DNA of 64,000 nucleotides from Octopus sinensis (GCF_006345805.1 NC_042999.1:118916001-118980000); one strand, 5' to 3'; shown: positions 12,325 to 26,214, counted from the first letter of the stretch. Notes: generated by a model not told the origin, from the letters alone. Program-made: numbers and translations.

Positions 12325-12593
12325 CTGTTGTGTCTGGGGAGAGTCATTTTCTCTTTGTGCCTTATAATTTAACACACTCACCGGTAAAATTTCCTCTTAA
12401 TTCTTATTTATATTTTCCTAAAATTTTCGTTGCGTCTTGCAACCTTTTCAATAGACTCTCAAGACTATTGAAAAGGTTGCAAGACGCAATGAAAATTTTA
12501 GGAAAATATAAATATGAAATAAGTGGAAATTTTACTGGTAAGTGTGTTAAATTATAATTACAAAAAGAAAATGATTCTCCCCATATACAACAG
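12325..12593. repeat. Fold-back element with ~130-bp arms and a 10-nt loop
   Basis: ttgcgtcttgcaaccttttcaatag-actctcaaga-ctattgaaaaggttgcaagacgcaa. The arm family recurs at 12694-12740 and 16360-16550. Confidence 0.92.
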
Positions 12594-13599
12594 AATATGC
12601 TTCAGCACATGAACTCACATTAAGAATCTTGCAAACCAAATCCATAAACGAACTATAGTATATATATATATATTATATATATATATATATATATTGTTGT
12701 GTCTGGAGAGAGTCATTCTGTTTTAGTGCCTTTTTAATTAAATACATATATATCTATAATATAAATTGGACATGGACGATCGTTGTATTCTTTCTTGTCT
12801 TGAGGTTCACAGCCAAACGGCTGAGTGGATTTGTGTGAAAAATGGCACACATGTGGAGATGGGTACATAGATTAGAATGCAGTTTGTATTTTTTTCCTAG
12901 CTCCCATAGTTACCAAGAAAATTGATTAAAGTTTTTTCTAATGGAATTCTCCTGTTTGTCCTGCCATTAAAACAATCAGTTGCTCAAACAGCCAGTATAT
13001 ATCATTTCACTAGCAAAAAGGGGAGTACAGGATGACAATCAGCCAAAACTTTCGCTATGCTGTCTCTCTTCTTTCGCCTCTTTGTGTGGTTAATAATCTT
13101 AATTTTTAGTTACAGTTTCTCATTCAAACTACAAAATAGGCAGAATTGTCAGATTAAGACAGTAGGGTGTTTTGAGGGAGATTTGGTTGCTATTTCTACC
13201 AGGTCTAGCTACCATGTAGAGGTCTGACCTTAATTTTCATTCCCATATTTGCATTTCAAAAATTTCACAATATTTTCTATAAATTAACTATCGTTCGATG
13301 TCCTCACATTTTCTGTGTATGTGTGTGTACCTTAAAAGACGTCAATCATCATGACACACACCTTCACTCACTCACTCCATCTCTTTCTCACCCTCTTTCT
13401 CTCTCACATACACACGCGCAATCCTGTACACGCATACATACATTCATTTCATATATCTTCTTTCAATTTCTGCTCTCTGCAAATAAAATTTTTTATGGAT
13501 ACAACTGCTTACAAAAATAGGGATTAATGTATAATTTCTTTCTATGGTCATAAAATTAAATCAATGTTTTCGTGATTAGACAGACATCTAATAGAATAG

Positions 13600-13817
13600 C
13601 TCTCAGACACAGACTCCGTACAAATTCATTCTTCACAACTCCTGAAACTGTTTTCTTGGGGTGGGGGGTCAGGAAATTTTCATACAGCTGGAACTCTAAT
13701 CGAAACAGGGGACCCGAAATGATTTGGTTGAGAAATGCTGTTATAGATTATGCCTAACTGAAAACAATCACAGCCACATCATCCAAACAGACCGGGTAAA
13801 ACCGGGCTTAGCTGCTA

Positions 13818-13818
<1 letters not shown>
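13600..13818 (+). mobile_element. Helitron-type 3' terminus
   Basis: ccgggtaaaaccggg hairpin followed by gctgCTAG, the same layout as at 26610 and 32958; 5' end not located. Confidence 0.45.
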
Positions 13819-13852
<34 letters not shown>

Positions 13853-13989
13853 TAAATATATATATACTTATGTATATATATGCATATATAGACATATATA
13901 TGTATACATGCATAAATATGCATACATATATTTACATACATAAATATATATATATACATACATTTATTTAGACACATATATATATATCT

Positions 13990-14020
<31 letters not shown>

Positions 14021-14064
14021 ATGTAAATGAGTACTAAACACTGCATTATTGAATAAAGTATATA

Positions 14065-14500
14065 TATCATCATCGTTTAATGTCCTCTTTCCATGCTGGA
14101 GCTAACAAGGTGCTATTCAGACACCAACTGTCTGTTGTGGCATGGTTTCTACAGCTGGGTGCCCTTCCTAATGGCAACCACTTAGCATTGTCTACTGGGT
14201 GCTTTTTATGTATCACCAGTACAAATGTGTTTATGTAGCACCGGCATGGGTGCATCAATACAATACCAGCACAGATGCTTTTTAAGTGGCACCTGTACAC
14301 AAAGGACAAGCCTGTATGTGTGGAAGATATTGATTTTACTTAACTTGACACATCTTATCAAGTACAGCAAATCACCACAATTCCCAGTCCCCTGGTATTT
14401 CCTCGGTGAGGCCCAGCATCCGAAGATCCTTTCTCATCACTTCATCCTATGTTGTCCTGGGTCTACCCTTTCCACAGGTACCCTCCACAATTAAAGCTTG
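14065..14500 (-). mobile_element. RTE-LINE 3' end (degenerate)
   Basis: catcatcgtttaatgtcc.ctttccatgct...ctacagctgggtgcccttccta matches the tail family. Confidence 0.65.
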
Positions 14501-15084
14501 GCACTTCTTTATGCAGCTGTCCTCATCCTGCTCTTTTGCTTTCTGTCTCTCTATCATCTACCACTTTTTCTCTTCCCTCCAACTACCATGTGACCTGTGA
14601 CCATTCCCATTTCTCTCTTTCATTTCCTTTATCACATAACTGTTCATTCATTTAGTCATATTTCTCTTGCTTCCTTCTCTACTTTCAACATGATTTATTT
14701 GTTTTTCAATGTTCATTCTATTTTTCCATTTGTTCACATTTTCAGTTCCAGTCTTAATAGACATTTTCCTTCCCTTTGCATTACTCATATATTTGTCTTG
14801 TCTTAGAGATGCTCAGTTTTATTTTGTTTGTATATCGCATGTTTATTTTATTTTATTTGTATATTCACATATGTGTTGCTTTTGTTTTCATCATTGTCCT
14901 CAACATTCTCTCACTATTCCCAGCAGCTTCTCGCTTTTGATGTCTAAAAGTGAACAATATTATCATTAAAAGCCTGAAATAGTAAGGATCTTTTGAATGT
15001 TTGAATTTTCCCTATGTTCCTATGTTGTGTTCCGGTTTAAATTTTGGAAATACACACACACACAAACACACACACACACACACA

Positions 15085-15121
<37 letters not shown>

Positions 15122-15283
15122 TTCAGTTTTATATGAATGTAAAAGACTTTGTGGTGTGAGAGAAAATATAGCACAGCAGTTCATTGTTTTAAGACATTTA
15201 ATACATTTCTGTTTTATTATTCATATGCATCCATTTATTCAGCAGAATTTTGATGATATTAAAATGCGTGCATGCATATATGC

Positions 15284-15314
<31 letters not shown>

Positions 15315-15462
15315 TGTATGTATGTATGTATGTATGTATGTATATATATATGTATATATATATATATACACATACATATGCATGCATGCATATTAATATA
15401 TCTGAATGTAAGTCTTTTGTACCCTGATGACAGAGGCTAATCTTATCCAAATATATATATAT

Positions 15463-15701
15463 AAATACAAAATGGGACAAGAACACAAAACATCCAGATA
15501 AATGATACAAAAAACATGGACGGGTCATTCGAAGCCTTTAATCTTCAGTCAAGAACCAGATCATCCTCGCAATTTCGGCTGATTAATCTTGAGATTGCTC
15601 CAATCTGGCCAGCCCCAAGAAAAAAAAGGCTTTGAATGACCCGTCCGTGTTTTCTGTATCGTCTATCTGGATGTTTTGCGTTCTTGTCCCATTTTGTATT
15701 T
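15463..15701. repeat. Fold-back element with 77-bp arms and an 85-bp spacer
   Basis: aaatacaaaatgggacaagaac...ggacgggtcattcgaagcc versus ggctttgaatgacccgtcc...gttcttgtcccattttgtattt; flanked by (TA)n. Confidence 0.92.
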
Positions 15702-15995
15702 TTTTATATATATACATATAGCAGCATACATACACTTTGTTTTCCTATACATATATATATATATATATATATTCCACAGATGAGATCCATCAGAGATTCT
15801 CAGTATAGAAAACAGTAGTGTTCAAATGAGTCAAACTTAGACTGATGTTTTTACAGGCGATCATTTCCATGGGGTAAAGAATGGCTATAAGAGGGATCCA
15901 GTTGAGCAGATATAGAGGCAATTATGCAGATAAACAAATTAGATCTATTAAATATAACAGTTTAGGTAAGAAATACAAAAGATGTTTATATATAT

Positions 15996-16356
15996 ACATG
16001 CAAAACAAGAGAAAGCAAATGGTGGAGACTTTCAGACAATGAATATTTAGATATAAATATATAGACATTTGTATTAATAGATCTGAATTACATATTCCAT
16101 TTTTGAACTTTCTAGCATTATGATCTGAAATATAAGTCTTTTATACCCTGATGACAGAGGCTCATCTTATCCAATGTTGATTATTTCCATTAAGGCTGTG
16201 TATTGTGATGAAATACATCTACCAACATTCTCCCCTTTAATTTTCTCTGTTGTTTGTACTCTAAGTTTGATCTATTTATATAAATAACTATATATCTATA
16301 CTTAAGCATTCATTGTCTGAAAGTCTCCACTTTTTGCTTTCTCTTGTTTTGCATGT
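15996..16356. repeat. Inverted repeat with ~88-bp arms and a ~185-bp spacer
   Basis: acatgcaaaacaagagaaagcaa..gtggagactttcagacaatgaat versus attcattgtctgaaagtctccac..ttgctttctcttgttttgcatgt. Confidence 0.88.
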
Positions 16357-16671
16357 TCTATTGAAAACATTGTAAGACACAATGAAAATTTTAGGAAAAT
16401 AAAAATAAGAAATAAGTGGAAATTTTACCAGTGGGTGTGTTTCAATTATAAGGCACAGAAACAAAATTACTCTCCCCAGACAACAGAATACGCTTCAGCA
16501 CACGAACTCATATAAAGAATCTTGCAAACCAAATCCAAGAAAGAAATACCCAAACTGTTATAGTTAATCTATCTAATTTGTTTATCCGCATAATAGCATC
16601 TGCCTCCTGTCTCGGTCACTGTCTGTCTGTCTCTGTCAGCCTGTTTGTCTGTCTGTCACTCTTTCTCTCTC

Positions 16672-16675
16672 ACTT

Positions 16676-16774
<99 letters not shown>

Positions 16775-16824
16775 TATATATATATATACATATACGTATA
16801 CATATACATATACATATATATATA

Positions 16825-16870
<46 letters not shown>
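16672..16870. repeat. (CT)n/(TA)n compound microsatellite
   Basis: Direct reading. Confidence 0.95.
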
Positions 16871-16872
<2 letters not shown>

Positions 16873-18561
16873 TTGTTTCTATTGATAAGTGGTTAGTTGC
16901 AGAGTGGTACAAATAGACTATTTTCTGGTATTTTGATTCTGCCAAACAAAATAATACACCTTGACTCACAGTTCATTGCTATGCCAGCCAACCATCTCAT
17001 AAATTTGAGATCAGCTATTCACTAGTGTAATTACTTCATTATTCTTCATTAGGCACTACAACTTAGTGTGAAGAGCAATCACTTATACAGCATTTCAGAT
17101 TTATTTAGTTTATTTCATAGTATTCACTCGTATCTGAAGTTGATGTACTTGACTTCTAAGTTATTTAACTTAGCTAAATACGATTGGGAAATTAATTCCT
17201 TTTTAAACAGATTATAAATTTTATTCATAATACATGTATTGGTTATCAAGTTACATTTTTATTTTATTATATTTATTTTTTATTTTGCACATGTGCTCCA
17301 ATACAAGCATGCAGAATTAGCTCTACAGATTATAATAAAATGATAAACCTTCTTTCTCAAATAATCTGCAACACTCAGAAAACATGTATTGTCTTATAAT
17401 ATATCCTCTCTAAAATCAATGGTCTCATAGCATATCAGATTCATAAATAATTTTAACAGTAAATAGCAAGATGAACTCTGGTAATTCAAACTTTGTCTTC
17501 TCAAATGTTATATCAGCATTCACTTGAACTTGTTCGTAATTTTTTATTATGTGTAATGGAATAATAGAGTTTAAAAAATTTTTATTTCTGCATAGGCATT
17601 GTTTACATATGTTAAGTTTACCATACAAATCGATATAACATATCATAAGCATATAGTGTAAACATTCAAATATCATCATTGTCTTTCCATATTCTGCTGA
17701 TTTTCATGTGGAGTTTTTGATCCTCCAAAATTGACATGTGTCTAAGTCGACATATCTGTTTGTGGCTGTAAATTTTTGTCTAAAAAATTCAAATTATACG
17801 TTGGAAAATACAGTAGTCCATTTCATACATCAGTCCATGTAACAAATTTCTAGAATGAAATCCAGAAAGAATAAATATTTATGTATAGCTCAACAAAGCT
17901 ATAATGGTATAATTTTGTCAAAAACCAGTGCAATCAGAATATTCTGGCTGATGCCAATGAATTAGGAAGAGAAGTCTATCAGTTCACAGAGCTACAATGT
18001 AATTTCTTGAAAATAGTTATAAGTTTAAAGAACATTAGCTGAAATACTCAAAGTTGTCTGGGCTGAAGAGAATTAATGATGAAATCACAAAATAATATAT
18101 TTAACTCTTAGTAAATCTTGGGATAAATGCATAGTAGAGTTTTGGACTGAGTACACCTTGTGAACCAATTTTTGATTATGATAGATTTTTAAGCTTAATC
18201 CTAAACCTGACTGTAATCTTCAACCTAATTATTTTGTAGAATTGTAAATTTAAAACATAAAGTTCCTTTTCATCATCTTAATGTCCACTTTTCTATACTT
18301 GTTTGGATCATGTGGAATTCATCGAGGCAGATTTTCTTCAACCAGATGCTTACTGACACCAGTTTTCACCTATTTCCAAGTAAATTAATATTGCCCCATG
18401 ACTAGATATATTTTCATGGAAAACTGGAAACAAAAATCGCTGCTTGCAAGCGATGACACTCATTTACAACTACCACACCATGTCAAGACGAACACACACA
18501 CATACACGTATACATACATGCATAAATGCACACACAAGTATGCGCACACACACACACGCAC

Positions 18562-18593
<32 letters not shown>

Positions 18594-18831
18594 TATCACA
18601 AACTTCTTTCAGTCTCTACCTACCAATTCCATTCAAAATGTTCAATGCCATTCCCTGCATGTCTGGTTTTATATCAGAAAGACCATCCTCTAGAGACATA
18701 CTTTAGCAAAAGCTATGGGGTCACTTCCTGTGATCTTCCAATACACCAAACACCAACATGGAATTTCTGAGGGACTGTGCTATTGCTAAATTGTTATTGA
18801 ACCTACACTAAGTTCATTCATCCTACATCCA

Positions 18832-18903
<72 letters not shown>

Positions 18904-19432
18904 GCAGGTATGTATGTAACTATGTGTTTATGTGTGTGTGTACTCACACACTGAAGAGAAATAAGAATAAACACTGGCTTATATAATAGTTCCTCTGTGC
19001 CTTTCCCCATTATAGTTATTTGGAGCCCTTGTAGTTAACTATGTCCAACTTGGGATATAGCTATCTGTAACTTAATACAATAAAGTGTTCCCTGATGATG
19101 CATTGTGGTTGAGAATTTGTAAGATGTATCCTAGAGTTCCAAATAGCTGTAATTATGAAAAGCACATAGGAAGTATTGCATAAACCTGTATTTATCCCTG
19201 TTTCTTCTGCATTTCCTCTATCATTCATATCTAATAATACTGCTTAGTATAAAAATTAATTAGCAACCAAACATAGTAGATTGGATTATAGAAATCTATT
19301 TGTGCACAAAATTTCAAATACACACACACACACACGCACACACACACACACATGTACACACACACAACACACACTCAAAGACATACACAAATATATACAA
19401 ATATATAAACATATATATACATATATATATAT

Positions 19433-19478
<46 letters not shown>

Positions 19479-19480
<2 letters not shown>

Positions 19481-20536
19481 TAGCTGAAGGTGACCCGCTC
19501 TACGTGCGGGTAAGAGTGTGGTTGTTACTTTCTGTTGCTTCCTTTCAGCACGTAAAAAGCACCATCCGAACGTGGCGGATTGCAGCGCCGCCTTGACTGG
19601 CTTCTGTGCCAGTGACACGTAAAAAGCACCAACCGATCGTGGCCGCTGCCAGCCCCCCTGGCACCTGTGCAGGCGGCACGAAAAAAGCACCCACTACGCT
19701 CACAGAGTGGTTGGCGTTAGGAAGGGCATCCACCTGTCGAAACAGTGCCAGATCAGACTGGAGCCTGGTGCAGCCTCCTGGCTTCCCAGACCCCTGTCAA
19801 ACTGTCCAACCCGTGCTAGCACGGAAAACGGACGTTAAACGATGATGATGATGATGATGATTCTCCCTCTTTGTTTCTTTCTCCTTTCTCTCTAACTTTC
19901 CCACTCTCTTACTCTTCCTTTCTCTCGGACTCTCCCTCGCTTTCTCTTACTCTCTATCTTTATCTATCTCTCTCCCATTTATAAACAACAAAATATCTTG
20001 AGTAAGTTGAGAAATAAAATATTTAGAAAGATCAATCATAAATATCAGGCAGTTACAAAGGAAAGGTCTGCTTCAAGACAGACAGCAAAACACTAACATT
20101 TAAAAGGGACAGACGAACTTGCGAGCTGAATAAAAATAATAAAATATTGGAAACCAAAGTTTGAAGGGATAGAATTTGAGGATAGTAGAGTCACCATGGC
20201 TGGCATTTCTTAACGACGGACAGCAACGTATTGACCGTTCAACGGCTGGCGTAAAATTTTGAACTTGATGTAAAAGAAAATCCCTAAAAACCAAGTTTTG
20301 ACTTGATTCTTTCTCACGACAGTAGACTCACGATGGCAAGCATTCAAAACTTCTTCATCATGGACGGCAACACATTGACGATTAAAAGGCTGGAGCAAAT
20401 TTTTTAGCTTGATGTAACAGAGAATTGCTAAACACCGGCTCCTTTAAATTTTAATCCCCTTCCAGCCCCATTTATACCCCTTTTCACCTTTTGGTTAATA
20501 TAACCCGATTTCATTCGGGTGTACTGGGGCCACATA

Positions 20537-20550
<14 letters not shown>
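19479..20550. mobile_element. Helitron/Helentron-like non-autonomous element interrupted by an RTE tail
   Basis: Starts ACTAGC..ACCCGC...GCGGG (subterminal hairpin) next to (TA)n and contains a diverged 137-bp tandem pair (20185, 20322). Family assignment is inference. Confidence 0.35.
19540..19860 (+). mobile_element. RTE-LINE 3' end / RTE-tailed SINE
   Basis: gagtggttggcgttaggaagggcatcc...gtccaacccgtgctagcacggaaaacggacgttaaac(gat)n. Confidence 0.85.
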
Positions 20551-20577
<27 letters not shown>

Positions 20578-20691
20578 TGTGTGTGTGTGCACGCTGTAGA
20601 AATTAAATTAGAGATAAAACCACTAATAGGGAAATGAAACAGTAAAAAACCAAAAACAAAAACATAAAAATAAAAATATATTAGATATATG

Positions 20692-20741
<50 letters not shown>

Positions 20742-21199
20742 GACAGGTAGACAATAGAATGCGATGGCCATGGGGATGGCGATGTAATATTTGTTACTGT
20801 CCATGAACGCTGATAGATACATGAGTAAAAAGTATAGGAAGGTAAGAAATAAGAGTGAGTTAAAATGTTCTTGGAAGAGAGTAAAGAGCGACAGAGCGAT
20901 TTGAGGAAGACTTTACATTAAATAACGGTAGTTGCATTGTCAAATGAAGAGGAGTGACAGAGTACTGGAGGAAATAGGGTGAGGTAGGAAGATGGCCCCT
21001 AGCAACCACAGCTTTTAAGATAGGGATTTCTAAGGTAGCCCACGTGCATCATCACCTCATTCTACATGTCCGTGTAAATTTTGGAGCGAATGGGACGGGA
21101 TGTAGTGGCATTGAAAGCGAACCAAGCGGTAAAAAGGCATTTCAGTTTTATATATAGAGATATATATATATATTTATACATACACACTCACATACATAT

Positions 21200-21605
21200 T
21201 CTTCTTTTATCTTTATCTTTTACTTGTTTCAGTCATTTGACTGCGGCCATGCTGGAGCACCGCCTTTAGTCGAGCAAATCGACCCCGGGACTTATTCTTT
21301 GTAAGCCCAGTACTTATTCTATCGGTCTCTTTTGCCGAACCGCTAAGTGACGGGGACGTAAACACACCAGCATCGGTTGTCAAGCAATGCTAGGGGGACA
21401 AACACACAAACACACACACACATATATATATACATATATACGACAGGCTTCTTTCAGTTTCCGTCTACCAAATCCACTCACAAGGCATTGGTCGGCCCGG
21501 GGCTATAGCAGAAGACACTTGCCCAAGATGCCACGCAGTGGGACTGAACCCGGAGCCATGTGGTTGGTTAGCAAGCTACTTACCACACAGCCACTCCTAC
21601 GCCTA
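21200..21605 (-). mobile_element. CORE-type composite SINE, well preserved
   Basis: On the minus strand: tRNA-like head (gtggctgtgtggtaag...ggttcagtccc) then ccttgggcaagtgtcttc core. Near-identical to 50650-51055. Confidence 0.85.
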
Positions 21606-23739
21606 TATACATACATACATACACACATATAAGGAGAAAGAAAAAGAGACAAAGAAAGTGAGAGAGGGAACTGGATTACCTGGTGTTACTCAGGCAGAAA
21701 CCACTTAATCATCTTATTTGCTCCTCTCATTTACTATTTAGTGTAAAACCATAATTGGTTATGTGGTTCCATTGTTTGGTGTTCCATGTATAATGGTAAC
21801 TGCTGATGCACAGTTTTAGTGAAAATATTTCTCACAAAGTCTGAATAATAGTATTAATGCAGTGTCCCTTGGAGCCAAGGATTACTGATCAGCAATTTCT
21901 ACAGTAAAATATATCCTTCTAGTTGTGTACTTCCCAGGCAAGGGTTTTGATCTGAGATCGTGTGGTGAAACTAAAATGATTACAGGGTGGACGACACATG
22001 CTTGCCATTCAATAACATGTGAAAACTGATAACTTAAATTCAATATCTATTATTTGTAATATGGAGTCAAAATTTTTGTCAAACAAACTATGACCTGACA
22101 AGTGGAGAAGTCACTAGTTCACAGATTAAGCAATGAAAATTTTAACACTGTTTAAGAGGCAATAAATGTTTAAGTAAAATTAACAGTCTTTGAGGTGTTT
22201 TTGAATGGCCAACATGTAACTTCTGTGCTGCAATATATTCGTTGTCCATTCTTAAAATGAATAGTCAGTTGTTGAACTGGAAAATGTTTGTTCAGGTGTA
22301 AGGGAGTCAAATATTCTTCAAGAAGCATCATTGCTACAGTTATACCTCTCCATCTCAAATTGTGTCTCTTCACCTTGAAATAACTTCTGATGGAGAGTGA
22401 ATATTGCAAGCTCCAAACTCTTGTTGATATTGTTACATATGCACTTGATGGACTTTGTAAAATTACAGTATTTTACATTTACAGGGGCATTGAATGTTTT
22501 AGTTTAAAAAAGGGGCTATTAGGCTCATCCATTGATTACCAATTACATACTGATAAATTTTTGTTTCAAAACTTCCATTTTCCATTATAAATTTCTATCT
22601 GAGAGTTTGAGGCAACCACACAGGCAAGGAACCGTGTTTGATTTTATTATTTCATGAACTTCATTTCTTTGTATGTGTGTATGGATCTTGGAATTTCTGC
22701 TGACATGATAGAATCAATCTCGTTTGAGTGAATTTTGTGTAAAAACCAGATGAACATATTTGCATGAAGCAGACTTCTTTTTTACAATGGCGTTGAAATA
22801 TGTGTGGCCTTAAATTATGTGTGGCATCAAAATATGTGTGATCAGTTATAAGGTTTCTTATTTTAGAAACCTTGAGATAAAAATTTCATAGAGTTAGGTG
22901 GTGTCTGAAAGGATATAACTATCCTGGATAAGCTTTGATTGGATTTTGTTCAATTTACCTTTGCAGGTAAACTTCATGAAAATATCTGGGTGTTTGCAAT
23001 TACATACATAAATCACAGCACCTTGTGTCCTCTCAAGCATATATTTTGGAATGCCTGTAAAGCTTGATGAGAATATGCAATGTCTGAGCTCTGTCCCTGT
23101 GATATTATCATTAATGCCAAACCATCTTGTGAATTTGTAAAGGAATCTGTATTTCTAAAAGAATCTGATTCCTTTTGGAGCATTTTTATGAAGCACAGCC
23201 TGTTCAACTTTATTTTGACATACTTATCTATTGGTGAAAAAATTCTTGGCAATGATTAAGATGATCGAATTAATTACTTCAAATCATCAATCAATCAATA
23301 ACCATAACTTATACAAGATACAGTTTTCTTTGGTCCGTTTTTTTCATTTTGGAAGCGGTTCCAGTCACTTGAAGTATACATTAAAAGACAAGATATATTG
23401 TAAAGCATTGTATGAACAGGAAATTTCATTTATTAAACTGATGCTAGCATCATGTCACTTCAAAAGAATATTATATTGTCATGATTTTTACCTACCATAA
23501 TAATTGCCTCTTGATTACACTCAGAAATATTAAATCAATGAACATATTTTCCAGCTGTTTTTTTTTTTTTTTAGCATAATGGACAACTTGAAAATCTAGA
23601 GCTAAAGTACATTTTGTTGCTTACCAAATGCTTCTGTCTTAAAAATGCTTTCCATGAAACATTCTTTTTTTTCCAGCTTTAAAATAAGTTTTAATCATGT
23701 ACTTAGGCTGCTTTTATTGTAACATTGTACTTCTTCATC

Positions 23740-24790
23740 ATCATTGTCATTTCATTGAAGCATATGTTCTATGTTAGCCTGCATGCAATTCTGTTACACA
23801 TCTTGTGTGTCCATTGCTTACATTGGGTACAGCATATGAAGTTTGTACCTACCCTTTCTCAGCATATTGAATAAAGCTATTTTCCTGATGGTACAAGGAT
23901 CCTGTTCTTCCTACTAACTAAAACCTTTGTCTTAGCTAAGTTTATCTTAAGAGCCTACAAATTTAAGTTTAGCTTCCATGCCTGGAATTTCCTCTCTAAT
24001 TCACCTCTGGTTTTAGCTATGTGAATTAGCCTATTAGCATATTGGGGTTCCATAACCAGCTAGTCTTAAACTTCTCTGTGATGGCTCGTAGGACAAAGCT
24101 GAATAGGAGGGGACTGAGGCAGAACTTTGATGGTCTTCTGCTCTCATGCTAAATTCATCAGCAAAGTCATTGTTAATTCTTATTTTACTTACTGCACCTT
24201 TGTACATGGCTTCTACAACTCTCAAAGTCATTTGTCATGCCTAGTTTCTTTAGGGATCATCATATTATTGTAGGTGGTACCTTGTCAAATGCTGTCTCAA
24301 GTCAACAAATGCCAGGTTATAATAGTTTACTCTTAGCCAAGTATTCCTCCAACACTTGCCTCACTAGAAGATTGCAACTTCTGGGCACAAAACCAAACTG
24401 TATCACTTTTATATCTACCTTATCATGAAGCAATTGTTATAATTTTTTCCATGATCCTCATAATCTGATCTAGTAATTTTATTCCTCCACAGTTGCTCCT
24501 CTCTAAGGCATTTTCTCTGTTTTTATAGCAGTTTACAATGATACTACTATGCCAATCGTGGGACATGGTACTTCCTAGTATTATTTGATTAACTACTTAG
24601 TTGATAATCATGAAAACCTCCCTCAATAAATATTTTGAATGTCTCTCCAACAATCCCTGGTGGACCTGCAGCTTTCCCTCTCTTCATGTTCTTGGTCAAT
24701 TTATATCCCCTACTGCTGTTAACATGGATTGATGTATGTCTATAGCATCAGCATGAGGTAATCATTCTCTATTCCATGCATGCTCCATGT
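23740..24790 (-). mobile_element. RTE-clade LINE, decayed RT region
   Basis: Minus translation LRVVEAMYKGAVSKIRINN..DEF...HQSS..(G)TPIC resembles the RTE RT block VRVVQAMY...GVHQGS...GCPWELLYADD; frameshifted. Confidence 0.7.
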
Positions 24791-24949
24791 TCAACAGCTT
24801 CACATAAAATCACTTCCTGACCACTGTTTTCTCTCTTTCATATCTATTTCATATCAAGGATCAGTATGCTCTTATCATTCTGTATTCTTCTCACCAGTTT
24901 TTATAACATTTTTGAATATAAAATATAACTTGTGTTTCTTTTTTTCTGT

Positions 24950-25560
24950 TAAGACTTATGAGATCCAGTTCTGCGATAAATTTGTCCTTACCTCTAAAAG
25001 TTGGTAGAAATCCACTTTCCTTTATGATTTCCTCTCCAATTGATGTAATCTGAAAAGCTCAGTCGTTTGTTCAAATGCTTATAAGAGAGTATTTTATTTT
25101 TTATGTAGTGCCCAAAAGAAGATCTATTATCACTTTTAATGACTCAATTGAAGATTTCTACCTTTAGAACAACACATGCTAAACGACTCCTCATTCCATT
25201 TTCAAGTACACTAATTGCCAGATGTTTTGCACATAGAGCTTAGTTATTCAACTTTCAAGATGCATAATCATTATTAGGATCATTTTTAAAAGCAGTTTCT
25301 TCCATTGCAGTTGTCCATAGTTTTCTACTGTTTTTCTTGGCAAGACATTTTTAATCTCACTTCTTGGTTGTTTTTACACACTTTTGCTCTATTTTTGTAT
25401 CTGCCTCTCTCCTTTTTTGCAACTGCATTTTTTTGTCTTTATTTTCTTACACTTTTCATAACTTTTACAATTTTTTCTTCTTCCTCTGCAACTCTTTTTC
25501 TATCCGTGACTTTCTTGCATTTATGTATTGCCTCACTTTTTGCAACCTTACTCTTCTCTT
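24950..25560 (-). mobile_element. Helitron Rep/helicase N-terminal fragment
   Basis: Minus translations WNEESFSMCCSKG, AFQITSIG and GFLPTF...GQIYRRTGS match the order of conserved Helitron N-terminal motifs (CCxxG, FxMTSFG, PTFKxxGQVYHRIGS). Confidence 0.65.
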
Positions 25561-26214
25561 TTATGTTTGCTTGGATTTTTTTCTTACTGTTACACATTGT
25601 TATTCATTTATTTTATTCTTTGAAACCTCATTCTTTTCCTCTCTTTTTTTTTATCTTGCAATGTTTCCCCCCACCAAAAAAAATTCTCTTTTGCTAGTAA
25701 TTGTTTATGGTATAGAGAGCATCGTAGTGGCCATTGACAGTTTGACTTCTATATGATACAGTTAGTTTTCTTTCTGTACATGTCCAACAGCTAAATTACT
25801 ACATTGCACAATTCACTAATGGCAACAGGTTCAACATCACCGCCTGTTCCATCCCTGCTCATGTATCTTCGTTATTCTTGCACTGTGGTGTTAGGAATAA
25901 CAGAATGAAAATGCCTCTAACTGCTGCATGCATGCTATACAGCTTCTTCTAAAAGTAACTAGTATTGGTATTGTTATCATACAAGACTAATACAAGTCTA
26001 AACAAAGAATCACCATTGCCTATAAAATTTACATGAAGTTTGTCCTAGTGATCAGATTTTGTTCAATAGTTTTCAATGAATTTAGTAAAGTACTTTAGAT
26101 GATTTTTTCATGAACAGAACAATGATTGATACTCACAGTATCAGAATGGTATGGGTTTAGACAGACATTACAAATTTCCTCTGCAGAAAACTATCTTTCT
26201 AGTTTTGTAATAAA

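Noticed and set aside
12465-12512. Possible hammerhead in the hairpin arm (CTATTGA…GTTGC/GCAA..GAAA)
   Set aside because: The core is non-canonical and no stem I can form.
15424-15450. CTGATGA motif (also at 16148 and 19092)
   Set aside because: No correctly placed GAAA, stem III or NUH.
17660-17770. Minus-strand terminal-exon candidate HKQICRLRHMSILEDQKLHMKISRIWKDNDDI*
   Set aside because: Short, unrecognised, ambiguous acceptor and no linked upstream exon.
22968-23070. Strong plus-strand acceptor (tttacctttgcag|G) followed by a 33-codon frame
   Set aside because: The peptide is unrecognised and there is no supporting neighbour; needs RNA data.
25305-25756. Two 130-aa F/L-rich membrane-like ORFs
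   Set aside because: They are antisense frames of the A-rich Helitron N-terminal region.
25810-25890. Minus-strand acceptor with branch-like cctaac and MSRDGTGGDVEPVAI
   Set aside because: Weak donor and no homology recognised.
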